Positions 29,438-38,801 of a DNA stretch of 58,083 bases are shown in pieces; the first letter of the stretch is position 1; every line of letters starts with the position of its first letter. The position numbers were made by a program, and so were the translations under genes. Below the pieces are notes generated by a model. It ran no database searches. It was not told the origin of the DNA and was given only the letters and a program-made list of their open reading frames with translations. Source of the stretch: a virus (lineage: Duplodnaviria; Caudoviricetes); IMG/VR virus record IMGVR_UViG_3300024344_000012, positions 1-58,083 of that record. One strand, given 5' to 3'.

Positions 29438-30062
29438 TTTTAAAGACTATACAGTTGAGGTAGTTCCTCGTATGGCTATACAAGAGTTTATACATAAACA
29501 TCACTATAGTCATAACACCAATGGAATACAAGGTTTGGAGTGTTTTGCATTATTTGCTCCAGGTCATTTTGGTATTCCAAAAATGGTAGGTGCTATGATG
29601 TATGCCATACCATCTATGCCAAATACTGCAAAAGCATACAATCCCATAAATCCAGATAGATGTGTAGAATTAAGAAGATTAGTTTGTATTGATGATACAC
29701 CAAAGAATGCAGAAAGTTTTTTCATAGGTAAAACTATAAGATGGTTAAAACAAAATACAAATTATGAAGTTATAATTTCATTTGCAGATAAAGAACATGG
29801 GCATACAGGAGTTATTTATAGAGCTAGTAATTTTGAGTTTATTGGTGAAACTGGTGCAGGTAGAGTTTTGATGGTAGATGGTAAGGAATATCATAGTAGG
29901 TCTCTAAGTCAACCAATCAAACCATATAGTAGAAGAATTCGTGCAAGATGGGAAGCTAAGGATCCTGATGTATTTTTCAGAAAAAGGAAGAGTAAAAACA
30001 GATATGTTTATTACTTGAATAAAGGTATTAAAAAGAAGATAGAAAGATTAAAAAAGGCTTGA
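29430..30062 (+). CDS. mom: Mu Mom-like DNA adenine modification enzyme (GNAT fold), copy 2
   Basis: HHYSH, VELRRL, PKNAESFFI, ISFAD...GHTGVIYRASNF...G, KNRYVY. Confidence 0.8.
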   Translation: MPDFKDYTVEVVPRMAIQEFIHKHHYSHNTNGIQGLECFALFAPGHFGIPKMVGAMMYAIPSMPNTAKAYNPINPDRCVELRRLVCIDDTPKNAESFFIGKTIRWLKQNTNYEVIISFADKEHGHTGVIYRASNFEFIGETGAGRVLMVDGKEYHSRSLSQPIKPYSRRIRARWEAKDPDVFFRKRKSKNRYVYYLNKGIKKKIERLKKA

Positions 30063-30088
30063 CTTATAATGAAAAAAAGTTGTATATT
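30059..30088 (+). promoter_or_regulatory. Sigma70-type promoter, class A (TTGACT-N18-TATATT), probably leaderless
   Basis: gcTTGACTtataatgaaaaaaagttgTATATT; ATG only 5 nt downstream. Confidence 0.6.
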
Positions 30089-30093
30089 TAGAT

Positions 30094-30957
30094 ATGAAAA
30101 AGATTAGTTACAGTCAATATTCACAATGGGCTGTATGTCCACATAAGTGGAAACTAAATTATATAGATGAGTTAAGAACATTCAAGGGTAACATACATAC
30201 CTTGTTTGGTTCTGCTATGCATGATGTATTACAGACATATTTAACTGTAATGTATAATGATACTATTAAGATGGCAGATTCATTACCATTAGCAAGTATG
30301 TTATTACATAGAATGAAAAAATACTACAAAGAGATAGTAGAAGATTTACATGGTGAAGAAGTATCATCTCAAGAGGAGATGCAAGAGTTCTATGAGCATG
30401 GTTTAGCTATAATAGAGTGGTTTGTTAAGAAACGTGGTATGTATTTCAATAAGAAAGGTTATGAGTTAGTTGGTATAGAAGTTCCTATTGAATATGATTT
30501 ACCAAACAAGATTAAGTTTGTTGGTTATATTGATGTTCTAATGTATGATACTGTAAGAGAAAAGTATAAGATTATAGATATTAAGACTTCTACGATGGGT
30601 TGGAATAAGTGGGCTAAAGCTGACAAGACTAAGACAGACCAATTATTATTATACAAACAATTCTATGGTGCTCAACACGATATACCATTAGATAAGATAG
30701 ACGTAGAATATTTTATTGTAAAACGTAAATTATATGACAAAGTAGACTGGCCACAAAGAAGAGTTCAGACATTCACACCAGCAAATGGAACACCAAGTAT
30801 TAATAAAGTTACTAATAATATACAGAGTTTCATTGATGAATGTTTTGTTGATGGAAAGTATAACCAAGAACATATTTATAGGAAAGAAGCTTCAAAAAAG
30901 AACTGTCGTTTCTGTGAGTTTAATCAAACTGAATATTGTGATGCAGGAGTCAAATAA
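30094..30957 (+). CDS. PD-(D/E)xK exonuclease, Cas4/AddB-like with four Cys
   Basis: ISYSQ...CP, FGSAMH, E, GYID, IIDIKT, QL.LY, CRFC...C. Confidence 0.85.
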   Translation: MKKISYSQYSQWAVCPHKWKLNYIDELRTFKGNIHTLFGSAMHDVLQTYLTVMYNDTIKMADSLPLASMLLHRMKKYYKEIVEDLHGEEVSSQEEMQEFYEHGLAIIEWFVKKRGMYFNKKGYELVGIEVPIEYDLPNKIKFVGYIDVLMYDTVREKYKIIDIKTSTMGWNKWAKADKTKTDQLLLYKQFYGAQHDIPLDKIDVEYFIVKRKLYDKVDWPQRRVQTFTPANGTPSINKVTNNIQSFIDECFVDGKYNQEHIYRKEASKKNCRFCEFNQTEYCDAGVK

Positions 30958-30959
30958 AT

Positions 30960-31403
30960 ATGTACGAAAGATTTAACATAAGTCTAAGATTACCATTACA
31001 TCTATTTATGGAACAAGATTCTGAACAAATAGTTGTAGATAAAATAAAAGAGTGTTATTCTAAGATTACTTCTTCTTGGACATTAAAATTTTGGATGGAT
31101 TCTGACATTATCAATGCAAAAAATGTAGTAGAATTCTCAAAAAGACACGAAGATGCTTTTAAACATAGGGTTTCATTTAAACCAAAAGAAAACATAAATG
31201 TCAATGATTATGTTTTGTTTGAAGTAGAAGATCCTAATAATCCACTACCAAGCTCTGATAGTTTTATCAGAAGTAGATATACCTACAAAACTCAAGTCGG
31301 AGAATTGATACCAAAAGGATTAGATGATTATATAAAAATATCTAATTTTATTTTAAGTGTTAACCAAAGAAAGACAACAGAAATATCGAGACAATCAAGA
31401 TAG
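30960..31403 (+). CDS. Hypothetical protein
   Basis: 147 aa ORF; may be fused to the downstream SLOG ORF. Confidence 0.55.
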   Translation: MYERFNISLRLPLHLFMEQDSEQIVVDKIKECYSKITSSWTLKFWMDSDIINAKNVVEFSKRHEDAFKHRVSFKPKENINVNDYVLFEVEDPNNPLPSSDSFIRSRYTYKTQVGELIPKGLDDYIKISNFILSVNQRKTTEISRQSR

Positions 31404-31795
31404 CAATAATTGGTTCAAGAACATATACTAATAAATTAAAGATTAAAGAGTTTGTTTACAAACTAAAAAAAGAACATGGCGATTTAATCGAAGTTGTTAG
31501 TGGTGGAGCTAAGTTTGGTGCAGATTATTATGCAAAAGAATATGCACTTGACTTTGGTATAAAATATACCGAATTTCCACCATATCACGAACCACACAAT
31601 TCTTACTGTATAGAAAATCAATTTAAATATGGTAAAGAATACAATGTTAAACATTTCTTTATCAGAAATGAAGCTATTATCAAATATTCAGATGGAGTTG
31701 TTGCTTTTGTTAAAGATGGAGAGATAACATCAGGAACAGAAAACGCAGTTGGTCATGCCAAAAGACATGGCAAAAAAGTTGTGTTTATTTCTTGA
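31364..31795 (+). CDS. SLOG (YspA/DUF2493/DprA-like) nucleotide-binding protein without a canonical start codon
   Basis: Not in ORF track: IKIAIIGSRTY...VVSGGAKFGAD...FIRNEAIIKYSDGVVAF...SGTENAVGHAKRHGKKV*. Confidence 0.75.
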   Translation, partial: PKKDNRNIETIKIAIIGSRTYTNKLKIKEFVYKLKKEHGDLIEVVSGGAKFGADYYAKEYALDFGIKYTEFPPYHEPHNSYCIENQFKYGKEYNVKHFFIRNEAIIKYSDGVVAFVKDGEITSGTENAVGHAKRHGKKVVFIS

Positions 31796-31832
31796 TATAT
31801 TTATATTTATATATATATGAATGGAGTTACAT

Positions 31833-32024
31833 ATGGAAAGTAAACTAACATCGGTTAAAGTATTAACCGATCTATATAAGAAATTCAAAGGATTAAGCAT
31901 TGAAGAGGAATTTACTCTTCAAAAATTAGTCAATCGTTCAATGGATTTATATTGTACGGATTTGAAATTTCAAGAAAAAATAATGACCTACAGCAACTTA
32001 ACACAAAGTGGTAGTAGGTATTAG
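31833..32024 (+). CDS. Ribbon-helix-helix DNA-binding protein
   Basis: KLTSVKV (strand), LYKKFK (helix), TLQKLVNRSMDLY (helix); GGAG SD before ATG 31833. Confidence 0.55.
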   Translation: MESKLTSVKVLTDLYKKFKGLSIEEEFTLQKLVNRSMDLYCTDLKFQEKIMTYSNLTQSGSRY

Positions 32025-32025
32025 G

Positions 32026-33411
32026 ATGGCAAAGAAGAAAAAAATAATGTTACTGTCAGACGACTTGAGAATGTCAAGTGGTGTCGGTACAATGTCAAGA
32101 GAATTTGTTCTTGGTACAATAGATAAATATGATTGGGTTCAATTAGGGGGAGCAATTAATCATCCTGAAGAGGGAAATGTTGTAGATATATCAGAGTCGG
32201 TTCAAAAAGAGCAAAATGTAGAAGATGCATATCTAAAGATATATCCAATAAGTGGTTATGGTAATGATGAAGTATTGAGAAGTGTTATGGGAATGGAAAA
32301 ACCTGATGCAATTTTACACTACACCGATCCAAGATTTTGGAATTGGTTGTATCAAATGGAACATGAAATAAGACAAAATATTCCTATTTTTTATTACAAT
32401 ATTTGGGATGATTTACCTTATCCACATTGGAACGAACCTTTTTATGAAAGTTGTGATTTGATTATGAATATATCACGACAAACAGTTAATATTGTAGATA
32501 ATGTATGTCAGAATAAACCAAGAACTGATTGGGATAACACTTATATTCCACATGGTATAAATCATAAGACATTTTTTCCAATAGACACTTTACATAAGGA
32601 TTATGATAAAGTTCAAAAGTACAGAAGACATATATTTGGTGGTAAAAAATATGATTTTGTAATTTTTTGGAACAACAGAAATATTCGTAGAAAATTACCT
32701 GGTGATGTTATAATGGCATTTAAAACATTTTGTGAATCTGTCGGTAAAGAAAAAGCACAGAATTTTGCATTAGTGATGCATACACAAAAAGTTGATGAGA
32801 ATGGAACTGATTTGCCAGAAGTAGTAAAAAAATTATTGCCAGATTGGATGAATGTGATTTTTTCAGATGAAAAGTTAGACAATAATCAAATGTGTTGGAT
32901 GTATAATATAGCAGATGTTACAATCAACATAGCATCCAATGAGGGCTTTGGATTAGGAACTTGCGAATCATTGATGTGTGGCAAACCAATTGTAGTTAAC
33001 GTTACAGGTGGTTTACAAGATCAATGTGGTTTTAAGAAAGATGACGGTTTATATTTAACGGTAGATGATTACAATGATGAGTTTCAATCCAATCATAGAG
33101 GGAAATATAAGGAGTGCGGTGAATGGGCGTTCCCAGTATTTCCCTCTAACATTTCATTACAAGGTTCACCACCAACACCATATATCTTTGATGACAGACC
33201 AAGTTATGAAGATGCTGCAGAGGGATTAAAGCATTTTTATGACATGGGTGAAGAGAAGAGAAAAGAGTGTGGTGAAAAAGGAGTTGAGTTTGTTCAGACA
33301 GAAGAGATAGGTATGACAGCAGAAAATATGAGCAAACGATTTATCAAAGATATGGACACTGCATTCGAAAAGTGGACACCAAGAAAACGATACACCTTAT
33401 TTAAGGCATAG
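32026..33411 (+). CDS. GT-B (GT4-like) glycosyltransferase
   Basis: SGVG, IPHG, NRNIRRK, EGFGLGTCES (EX7E), TGGLQD. Confidence 0.85.
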   Translation: MAKKKKIMLLSDDLRMSSGVGTMSREFVLGTIDKYDWVQLGGAINHPEEGNVVDISESVQKEQNVEDAYLKIYPISGYGNDEVLRSVMGMEKPDAILHYTDPRFWNWLYQMEHEIRQNIPIFYYNIWDDLPYPHWNEPFYESCDLIMNISRQTVNIVDNVCQNKPRTDWDNTYIPHGINHKTFFPIDTLHKDYDKVQKYRRHIFGGKKYDFVIFWNNRNIRRKLPGDVIMAFKTFCESVGKEKAQNFALVMHTQKVDENGTDLPEVVKKLLPDWMNVIFSDEKLDNNQMCWMYNIADVTINIASNEGFGLGTCESLMCGKPIVVNVTGGLQDQCGFKKDDGLYLTVDDYNDEFQSNHRGKYKECGEWAFPVFPSNISLQGSPPTPYIFDDRPSYEDAAEGLKHFYDMGEEKRKECGEKGVEFVQTEEIGMTAENMSKRFIKDMDTAFEKWTPRKRYTLFKA

Positions 33412-33419
33412 GAGTTATA

Positions 33420-34787
33420 ATGACGAAACCTTTTATTTTGTTTCAAGGTCCAGTAGCTACAAGAAGTGGTTACGGAGCTCACGCAAGAGATTTAGCTTTA
33501 GAGTTAATAAAATCTGACAAATATGATTTAAGAATAGCATCACTTCGTTGGGGAAATACACCAATGAATGCGTTAAATGAAAAAAATCCTGATCACAAAC
33601 TTATATTAGATAGAATGATATATGATGGTAAGTTAGAAAAACAACCTGATTTACACATTCAAGTTACAGTACCAAATGAGTTTCAACAAATTGGTAAAAA
33701 GAATATCGGTATTACTGCAGGATTAGAAGCAACAGCAATTCCAAAAGATTGGATTGATGGTTTGAATAGAATGGATTTGAACATAGTACCTGCAGAGTTT
33801 GTAAAAGAAATGATTGAACAAACAAAATATGAGGAAAAACAGGGTAAAGAAGTAGTTGGTGTTCATGGTGTTAATAAACCAATTGAAGTTTTATTTGAGG
33901 GTTATGATGAAAAAATATATGGTAAGACAAACAAGTTTAGTGAAGATTTAGTTGAAGAGTTTAAAAAAATCAGAGAACCATTTTGTTTTTTATTTACAGG
34001 ACATTGGTTAGCTGGAAATCTTACTCAAGACAGAAAAGATGTTGGTATGTTAATTAAGACGTTTTTAGAAACTTTTAAGAATAAAGGTAAGAAAAAAAGA
34101 CCAGCATTGATTCTAAAGACAAGTAGTGCTACGTTTTCAGTAATAGATAGAGAAGAGATATTAAATAAAATACAAGCAATTAGAAATACTGTAGATGCAA
34201 GGATATATCCGAATATTTATCTATTACATGGTGATTTTGAGGATGAAGAAATGAATGAGTTATATAATCATCCTAAAGTAAAAGCACACGTTACTTTCAC
34301 ACATGGTGAGGGATTTGGTAGACCATTACTTGAAGCATCATTAACAGGTAAGCCAATTATATTTTCATCATGGAGTGGACATTTAGATTTTTTACCACCA
34401 AGTTTGAGTACTGCACTTGAGGGTAGTTTAGTTAAAGTTCCTAAAAACTCATTTCCAAAGAATATGTTTGTTGATGGTATGGCTTGGTTTGGTGTAAATT
34501 ACAGTAAGGCTTCAACAAAATTAAAAGATGTATTTTTAAATTATAAAAAATATACACCTATATTTAATCAATTAGCAAAAACAAATAAAGCTAAGTTTAC
34601 AAGAGCTAAAATGGGTGAGAAGTTTGTTGAGACGATTGACAGAATTGTTGGTGATGTCCCACAAGCAGTGAGTCTTAAATTACCTACGTTGAAAAAGATT
34701 GACGGTGGACAAACAGGTGCAATTAAACCACCACAAAAACAAAAAACAAAAGATGTAATCAAACTACCTAAGTTGAGGAAAATGTAA
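33420..34787 (+). CDS. GT-B (GT4-like) glycosyltransferase
   Basis: SGYG, DRK, GEGFGRPLLEA, WSGHLDF. Confidence 0.85.
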   Translation: MTKPFILFQGPVATRSGYGAHARDLALELIKSDKYDLRIASLRWGNTPMNALNEKNPDHKLILDRMIYDGKLEKQPDLHIQVTVPNEFQQIGKKNIGITAGLEATAIPKDWIDGLNRMDLNIVPAEFVKEMIEQTKYEEKQGKEVVGVHGVNKPIEVLFEGYDEKIYGKTNKFSEDLVEEFKKIREPFCFLFTGHWLAGNLTQDRKDVGMLIKTFLETFKNKGKKKRPALILKTSSATFSVIDREEILNKIQAIRNTVDARIYPNIYLLHGDFEDEEMNELYNHPKVKAHVTFTHGEGFGRPLLEASLTGKPIIFSSWSGHLDFLPPSLSTALEGSLVKVPKNSFPKNMFVDGMAWFGVNYSKASTKLKDVFLNYKKYTPIFNQLAKTNKAKFTRAKMGEKFVETIDRIVGDVPQAVSLKLPTLKKIDGGQTGAIKPPQKQKTKDVIKLPKLRKM

Positions 34788-34789
34788 TA

Positions 34790-35566
34790 GTGTTTAAATA
34801 TATTGTTAGTGGTGGATGTAGTTTTTTAGAAGGTATTGGTTGTCATACAACAAATAATAGTGTAGTTCATTCATTTAAAAAAAAATTTAATGGAGAGTTA
34901 GTTCAGTTAGCTAAATCAGGTGCAAGTAATGATAGAACGATAAGAAAGATAATTGATTGGTCAGTGGTAAATGAAAATCAGTTAAAGAATACATTATTTT
35001 TAATAGGAATAACAGCAATACATAGATATGAAAGTTGGGATGAACTTTTACAGGGATATGCACAAGGATCTAGTCAGCACGGAGGACCATATAAAGATAA
35101 TCAACCTTATGAACACCACAATATAGATTATCCACACGCCAGAGGTAGTGAACTTGATTTACATCGTGGTGCTGAAGATCAATTGTTAACAAAAGTACAA
35201 AGAATGTATTACAAATATCTACAAAATAATAAAGTAGATTTGGATAAAACGTTACGAAATATAATTTTACTTAGATCGTTTTTTGAAAAACATGGTTCTA
35301 AATATTTAATCTTTAACAGTATGGGTAATTTAAAAAAAATGTCTAAAGGACATCGATTTTTTAACGAAGTGTTTAATAATAAAAATTATTATTCGGATGA
35401 AGGTTGGTATGAGTCTTTATTTCCAAAAGGAAGAGGAATGTTTGCAGCAGAAGATGAGAGATTTGGTGGTTCTAATGACTGGGGTCATCCTAGTGAAAAA
35501 TCACATAAGTTGTGGTTTGAAAAATTATATAAACATGGAGAGGAAATAGGTTTATGGAAAGAGTAA
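34790..35566 (+). CDS. SGNH/GDSL-like hydrolase, paralogue 1
   Basis: GGCSF, LAKSGASN, IGIT...RYE, DWGHP. Confidence 0.65.
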   Translation: MFKYIVSGGCSFLEGIGCHTTNNSVVHSFKKKFNGELVQLAKSGASNDRTIRKIIDWSVVNENQLKNTLFLIGITAIHRYESWDELLQGYAQGSSQHGGPYKDNQPYEHHNIDYPHARGSELDLHRGAEDQLLTKVQRMYYKYLQNNKVDLDKTLRNIILLRSFFEKHGSKYLIFNSMGNLKKMSKGHRFFNEVFNNKNYYSDEGWYESLFPKGRGMFAAEDERFGGSNDWGHPSEKSHKLWFEKLYKHGEEIGLWKE

Positions 35567-36039
35567 TAGTTTGTCCAGTATGTAAAGATGTTGATTCTTG
35601 TTTTGAAGAGATGCAAGAAAATTTCAGTAGTTTTATGTGTTTCAATTGTGGTTATATGAGTGATACAAGATATAGGGCTGGTAGTGTTGAATTAGTAGAT
35701 AATATGAATAACAGTCCACAATTAGTTCAAGATTTACAATACCACGATGAAAGTAAAGGTATTGTTTGGTTTCCTTGTGTTATTAATATGGGTGAGAGGG
35801 GTATAATTTATCCCGATGAAGATCCACAAGATAAAGCAGCATTTAAAGCTGAACAAAAGAAAAATTATGTTTGGAAATATGCAAAAGTTGTTGAAATACC
35901 TGAAGATATGAGAGGACTATATGATAATTATGATAAGAGACTTGATGTGGAAAATGCAAAGACTTATGGTAAGCATGAATTTTTCAAAGCATGTCAAGAT
36001 ATGGGTATAATTCAAGACTTAAATAAAAAGGAAGAATAG
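35554..36039 (+). CDS. Zn-finger hypothetical protein
   Basis: CPVC...CFNCG. Confidence 0.6.
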   Translation: MERVIVCPVCKDVDSCFEEMQENFSSFMCFNCGYMSDTRYRAGSVELVDNMNNSPQLVQDLQYHDESKGIVWFPCVINMGERGIIYPDEDPQDKAAFKAEQKKNYVWKYAKVVEIPEDMRGLYDNYDKRLDVENAKTYGKHEFFKACQDMGIIQDLNKKEE

Positions 36040-36512
36040 TGGGATTTATAGCTTTACATAAATCAAGAGTATCAGCTCGTAAGACTATAGCGAGAACCAA
36101 AATTGAATCAGGTCAAATGTTACAATTTAGATATAAAAAAGTAGCTAAATCTGGAGATGCTCAACCAAACCAAGAAGTTTTAGCAATAGTTACAGGAATC
36201 TATCCATATGGTGGAAGTTTAAGTGTTAGAAAAGTTCATGGTTTAAGTATGGATATGGTTTCGGATCAACATTTACGGAGATTAGCAAACATTGTTGGCG
36301 TAGGTGCTATAAATGAGAGTCAATGGGAATTAGGAGAACGTAGAGGAGATCCACTTAAATTTTATGATGTAAAATTAACAAAGGTTGCAGGATTAGTAGA
36401 TGAGGCTTATAGAACATACAAAATGGCAAATATGAGTCAAGTTAGACTTTTAGCATATGATTATGGAAAAATACTTGCACCAAGATATTTAGGTAAATTA
36501 GATGAAGATTAG
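36039..36512 (+). CDS. Hypothetical protein, possibly T4 gp2 (DNA end protector)-like
   Basis: GQMLQFRY...VHGL...AYRTY pattern. Confidence 0.35.
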   Translation: MGFIALHKSRVSARKTIARTKIESGQMLQFRYKKVAKSGDAQPNQEVLAIVTGIYPYGGSLSVRKVHGLSMDMVSDQHLRRLANIVGVGAINESQWELGERRGDPLKFYDVKLTKVAGLVDEAYRTYKMANMSQVRLLAYDYGKILAPRYLGKLDED

Positions 36513-37161
36513 TTATGGTATCACAGTCCACAATGAGGCTGATGAACTAAACAGGTTATTAGAAATATTAATCCACAAAACAGATCCTGAAGATGAAATA
36601 GTTATTTGTGTTGATGGTGAAGATGATGGAGTAAGATTTGTCTTGGATAGTTGGTGTCAACAATATGGACACGATGATATGAAAGTTATTAAGGTTTACC
36701 AAAGAAAACTTGAAGGTGATTTTTCAGCACAAAAGAATTCAGTTATAGAAAACTCAACAGGTGATTATATCTTTCATATAGATGCTGATGAATATCCAAA
36801 TGAAATATTACTTCAACAAATAAAACAAATATTAGAAATGAATGATGTTGATTTGGTGTGGATACCACGTGTAAATACAATTGAGGATATGAAAGAAGAA
36901 CACATTCAAAAATGGGGTTGGAGAGTATCAGAAAAAGGTTGGGTTAATTATCCTGATTATCAAGCAAGAGTATTTCGTAACGATAAGAATATAAGATGGA
37001 CACGACCACTTCACGAATATATAACTGGATCTAAAACATATGCACACTTACCACCACACGAAGAGTTAAGTTTGTATCATCCTAAAACAATAAAAAAACA
37101 AGAAAAGCAGAATTTATTCTACAATGAAAACTTTAGCAGAGAGATGAACGTCAGAAACTAA
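36502..37161 (+). CDS. GT2 glycosyltransferase
   Basis: ITVHNE, DFSAQKN, HIDADE, YPDYQAR, W..PLHE. Confidence 0.85.
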   Translation: MKISYGITVHNEADELNRLLEILIHKTDPEDEIVICVDGEDDGVRFVLDSWCQQYGHDDMKVIKVYQRKLEGDFSAQKNSVIENSTGDYIFHIDADEYPNEILLQQIKQILEMNDVDLVWIPRVNTIEDMKEEHIQKWGWRVSEKGWVNYPDYQARVFRNDKNIRWTRPLHEYITGSKTYAHLPPHEELSLYHPKTIKKQEKQNLFYNENFSREMNVRN

Positions 37162-38801
37162 TGAATTTTACAAAGATATTTGAGTTTGAATCTTTGATTG
37201 GAGATGTTTATGATATTTTCAAATATGAAGATTTAGAATTCAATAGTTACAAAAAAGTCAAACACAAAGATAGTCGTTGGGGCAGTGAAAACCACAACAG
37301 AACTATCTATCAAACAGATGAATACTTTGTTAAAGTGTGGGATGAAGATTATATCAGAGCAAATACATTACCAACTGCATTCGCAAGTGGTTTCTATGAT
37401 AGCACAATCGTACCAAATTTTGTTGGATTAATTTATGATGAAAATAATATTTGTAGAGGTTACATAACCAAAGAGTGTCAGCAATTATTTACAAAAGAAG
37501 ATAGTCTTAAACAAAATTTAGTTAGACTTACAGATAAATCTCAAACATATTTTGACGAAATATTAATCAAAATAAAAATGAAAACTATTGAGAGTAAACA
37601 TTTTTCTTATGATTTTTGTGAATATCATACATATGAATTTGAGGGTAAACCAACATTGATAGATTTAGAGGGTATATATTCAGTTGAAGAGTATTATGAT
37701 TTAAAGCAACATCATTATAATACATATACAAGAGAAAATGCTGGTGATAGAGTAGATGGAGATTATTTAGAATCACCAAAATTCTTTAGCGATTTTATGG
37801 CACATAAAAATTATCAACAATTTCTACAAAATTTCTTACTTACAGTACCTATTAATTTAGAATATTTTTTAGATATGGAATTACAACATGGTAGTGGTGG
37901 TAAAGAAATAATTCATAATGACAAAAAGATTAAAACTGTAAGAGAAGCAGTTAAATACTTTTCAAATATGAAAAATATGAAAGAGGCAGCAAAGAAACTA
38001 ACTGGTAAGAATCATCAGTATTGGAACTGTATGTGGGCTGAGTTTAGAAGAAAAGTTGAAGGTCATCATCAAAGAGGTTGGGAAAACATGACTAAGGAAT
38101 ATTATGATTCTTTAGAGATGATGACGGATGAAGAGATACAAGTATCTTTGATTGATGATCCTGTTAATTTTTTTGGTGGTTTTCTTAAACATGGATATCA
38201 TAGAGCAGTCGCTATGATTGGTAGATTACTTAATGGTAAAGAATACATACCATTCTATATGCCATCACGAGAAATATTTAAAGGAAATGCTGAAAATCCA
38301 CTAAGGTATGTAAACTATATTGAATTGATGGATGTGATGGGTTTTCCAAAAGAAGAGTATGCAATTTGTAATAGTGCTATGTTAGCAGTTATGGGTATAG
38401 ATGCAAGAAAGAACAAGAATGGTGATTTAGATTTAGTATTTAGTAGTAAATTAAGAAAGATGATAGAAGAACAAAATATAGAGTTACCAAAAGAGATACA
38501 TCCATTTCCACCAAATAGTGATAAGTTCAGATTCTTTGGTTGTAAAGATGATGATGATTTGGTTTATAACTATAGTGTAGATATACATGGTTATAACTTT
38601 GCAGAACCAAGATTTTATTTCAGTAGAATGCATATGTTAAAACAATCAGCACATAGAAATTTAGAAGACAATAGGAAGATAAAAGAAGAGGGTAAAAGAG
38701 GTGTTGAAGAATTTATCAAAATGAGAGGATATAAAGGTTATCCATTTAACAAGATTACCCAAGAACAATGGGGATTTGATTTGATACAGGAGGTTGGTTA
38801 G
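37161..38801 (+). CDS. Multidomain protein: kinase-like + ParB/Srx-like + nucleotidyltransferase-like
   Basis: YFVKVW...YDF...LIDLEG; FLKHGYHRAVAM; ICNSAMLAVMG...GDLDLV. Confidence 0.45.
   Translation: MNFTKIFEFESLIGDVYDIFKYEDLEFNSYKKVKHKDSRWGSENHNRTIYQTDEYFVKVWDEDYIRANTLPTAFASGFYDSTIVPNFVGLIYDENNICRGYITKECQQLFTKEDSLKQNLVRLTDKSQTYFDEILIKIKMKTIESKHFSYDFCEYHTYEFEGKPTLIDLEGIYSVEEYYDLKQHHYNTYTRENAGDRVDGDYLESPKFFSDFMAHKNYQQFLQNFLLTVPINLEYFLDMELQHGSGGKEIIHNDKKIKTVREAVKYFSNMKNMKEAAKKLTGKNHQYWNCMWAEFRRKVEGHHQRGWENMTKEYYDSLEMMTDEEIQVSLIDDPVNFFGGFLKHGYHRAVAMIGRLLNGKEYIPFYMPSREIFKGNAENPLRYVNYIELMDVMGFPKEEYAICNSAMLAVMGIDARKNKNGDLDLVFSSKLRKMIEEQNIELPKEIHPFPPNSDKFRFFGCKDDDDLVYNYSVDIHGYNFAEPRFYFSRMHMLKQSAHRNLEDNRKIKEEGKRGVEEFIKMRGYKGYPFNKITQEQWGFDLIQEVG

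Noticed and set aside
30094-30957. CRISPR-Cas system suggested by the Cas4-like nuclease
   Set aside because: No repeat-spacer array or other cas genes; stand-alone Cas4-like exonucleases are common in phages
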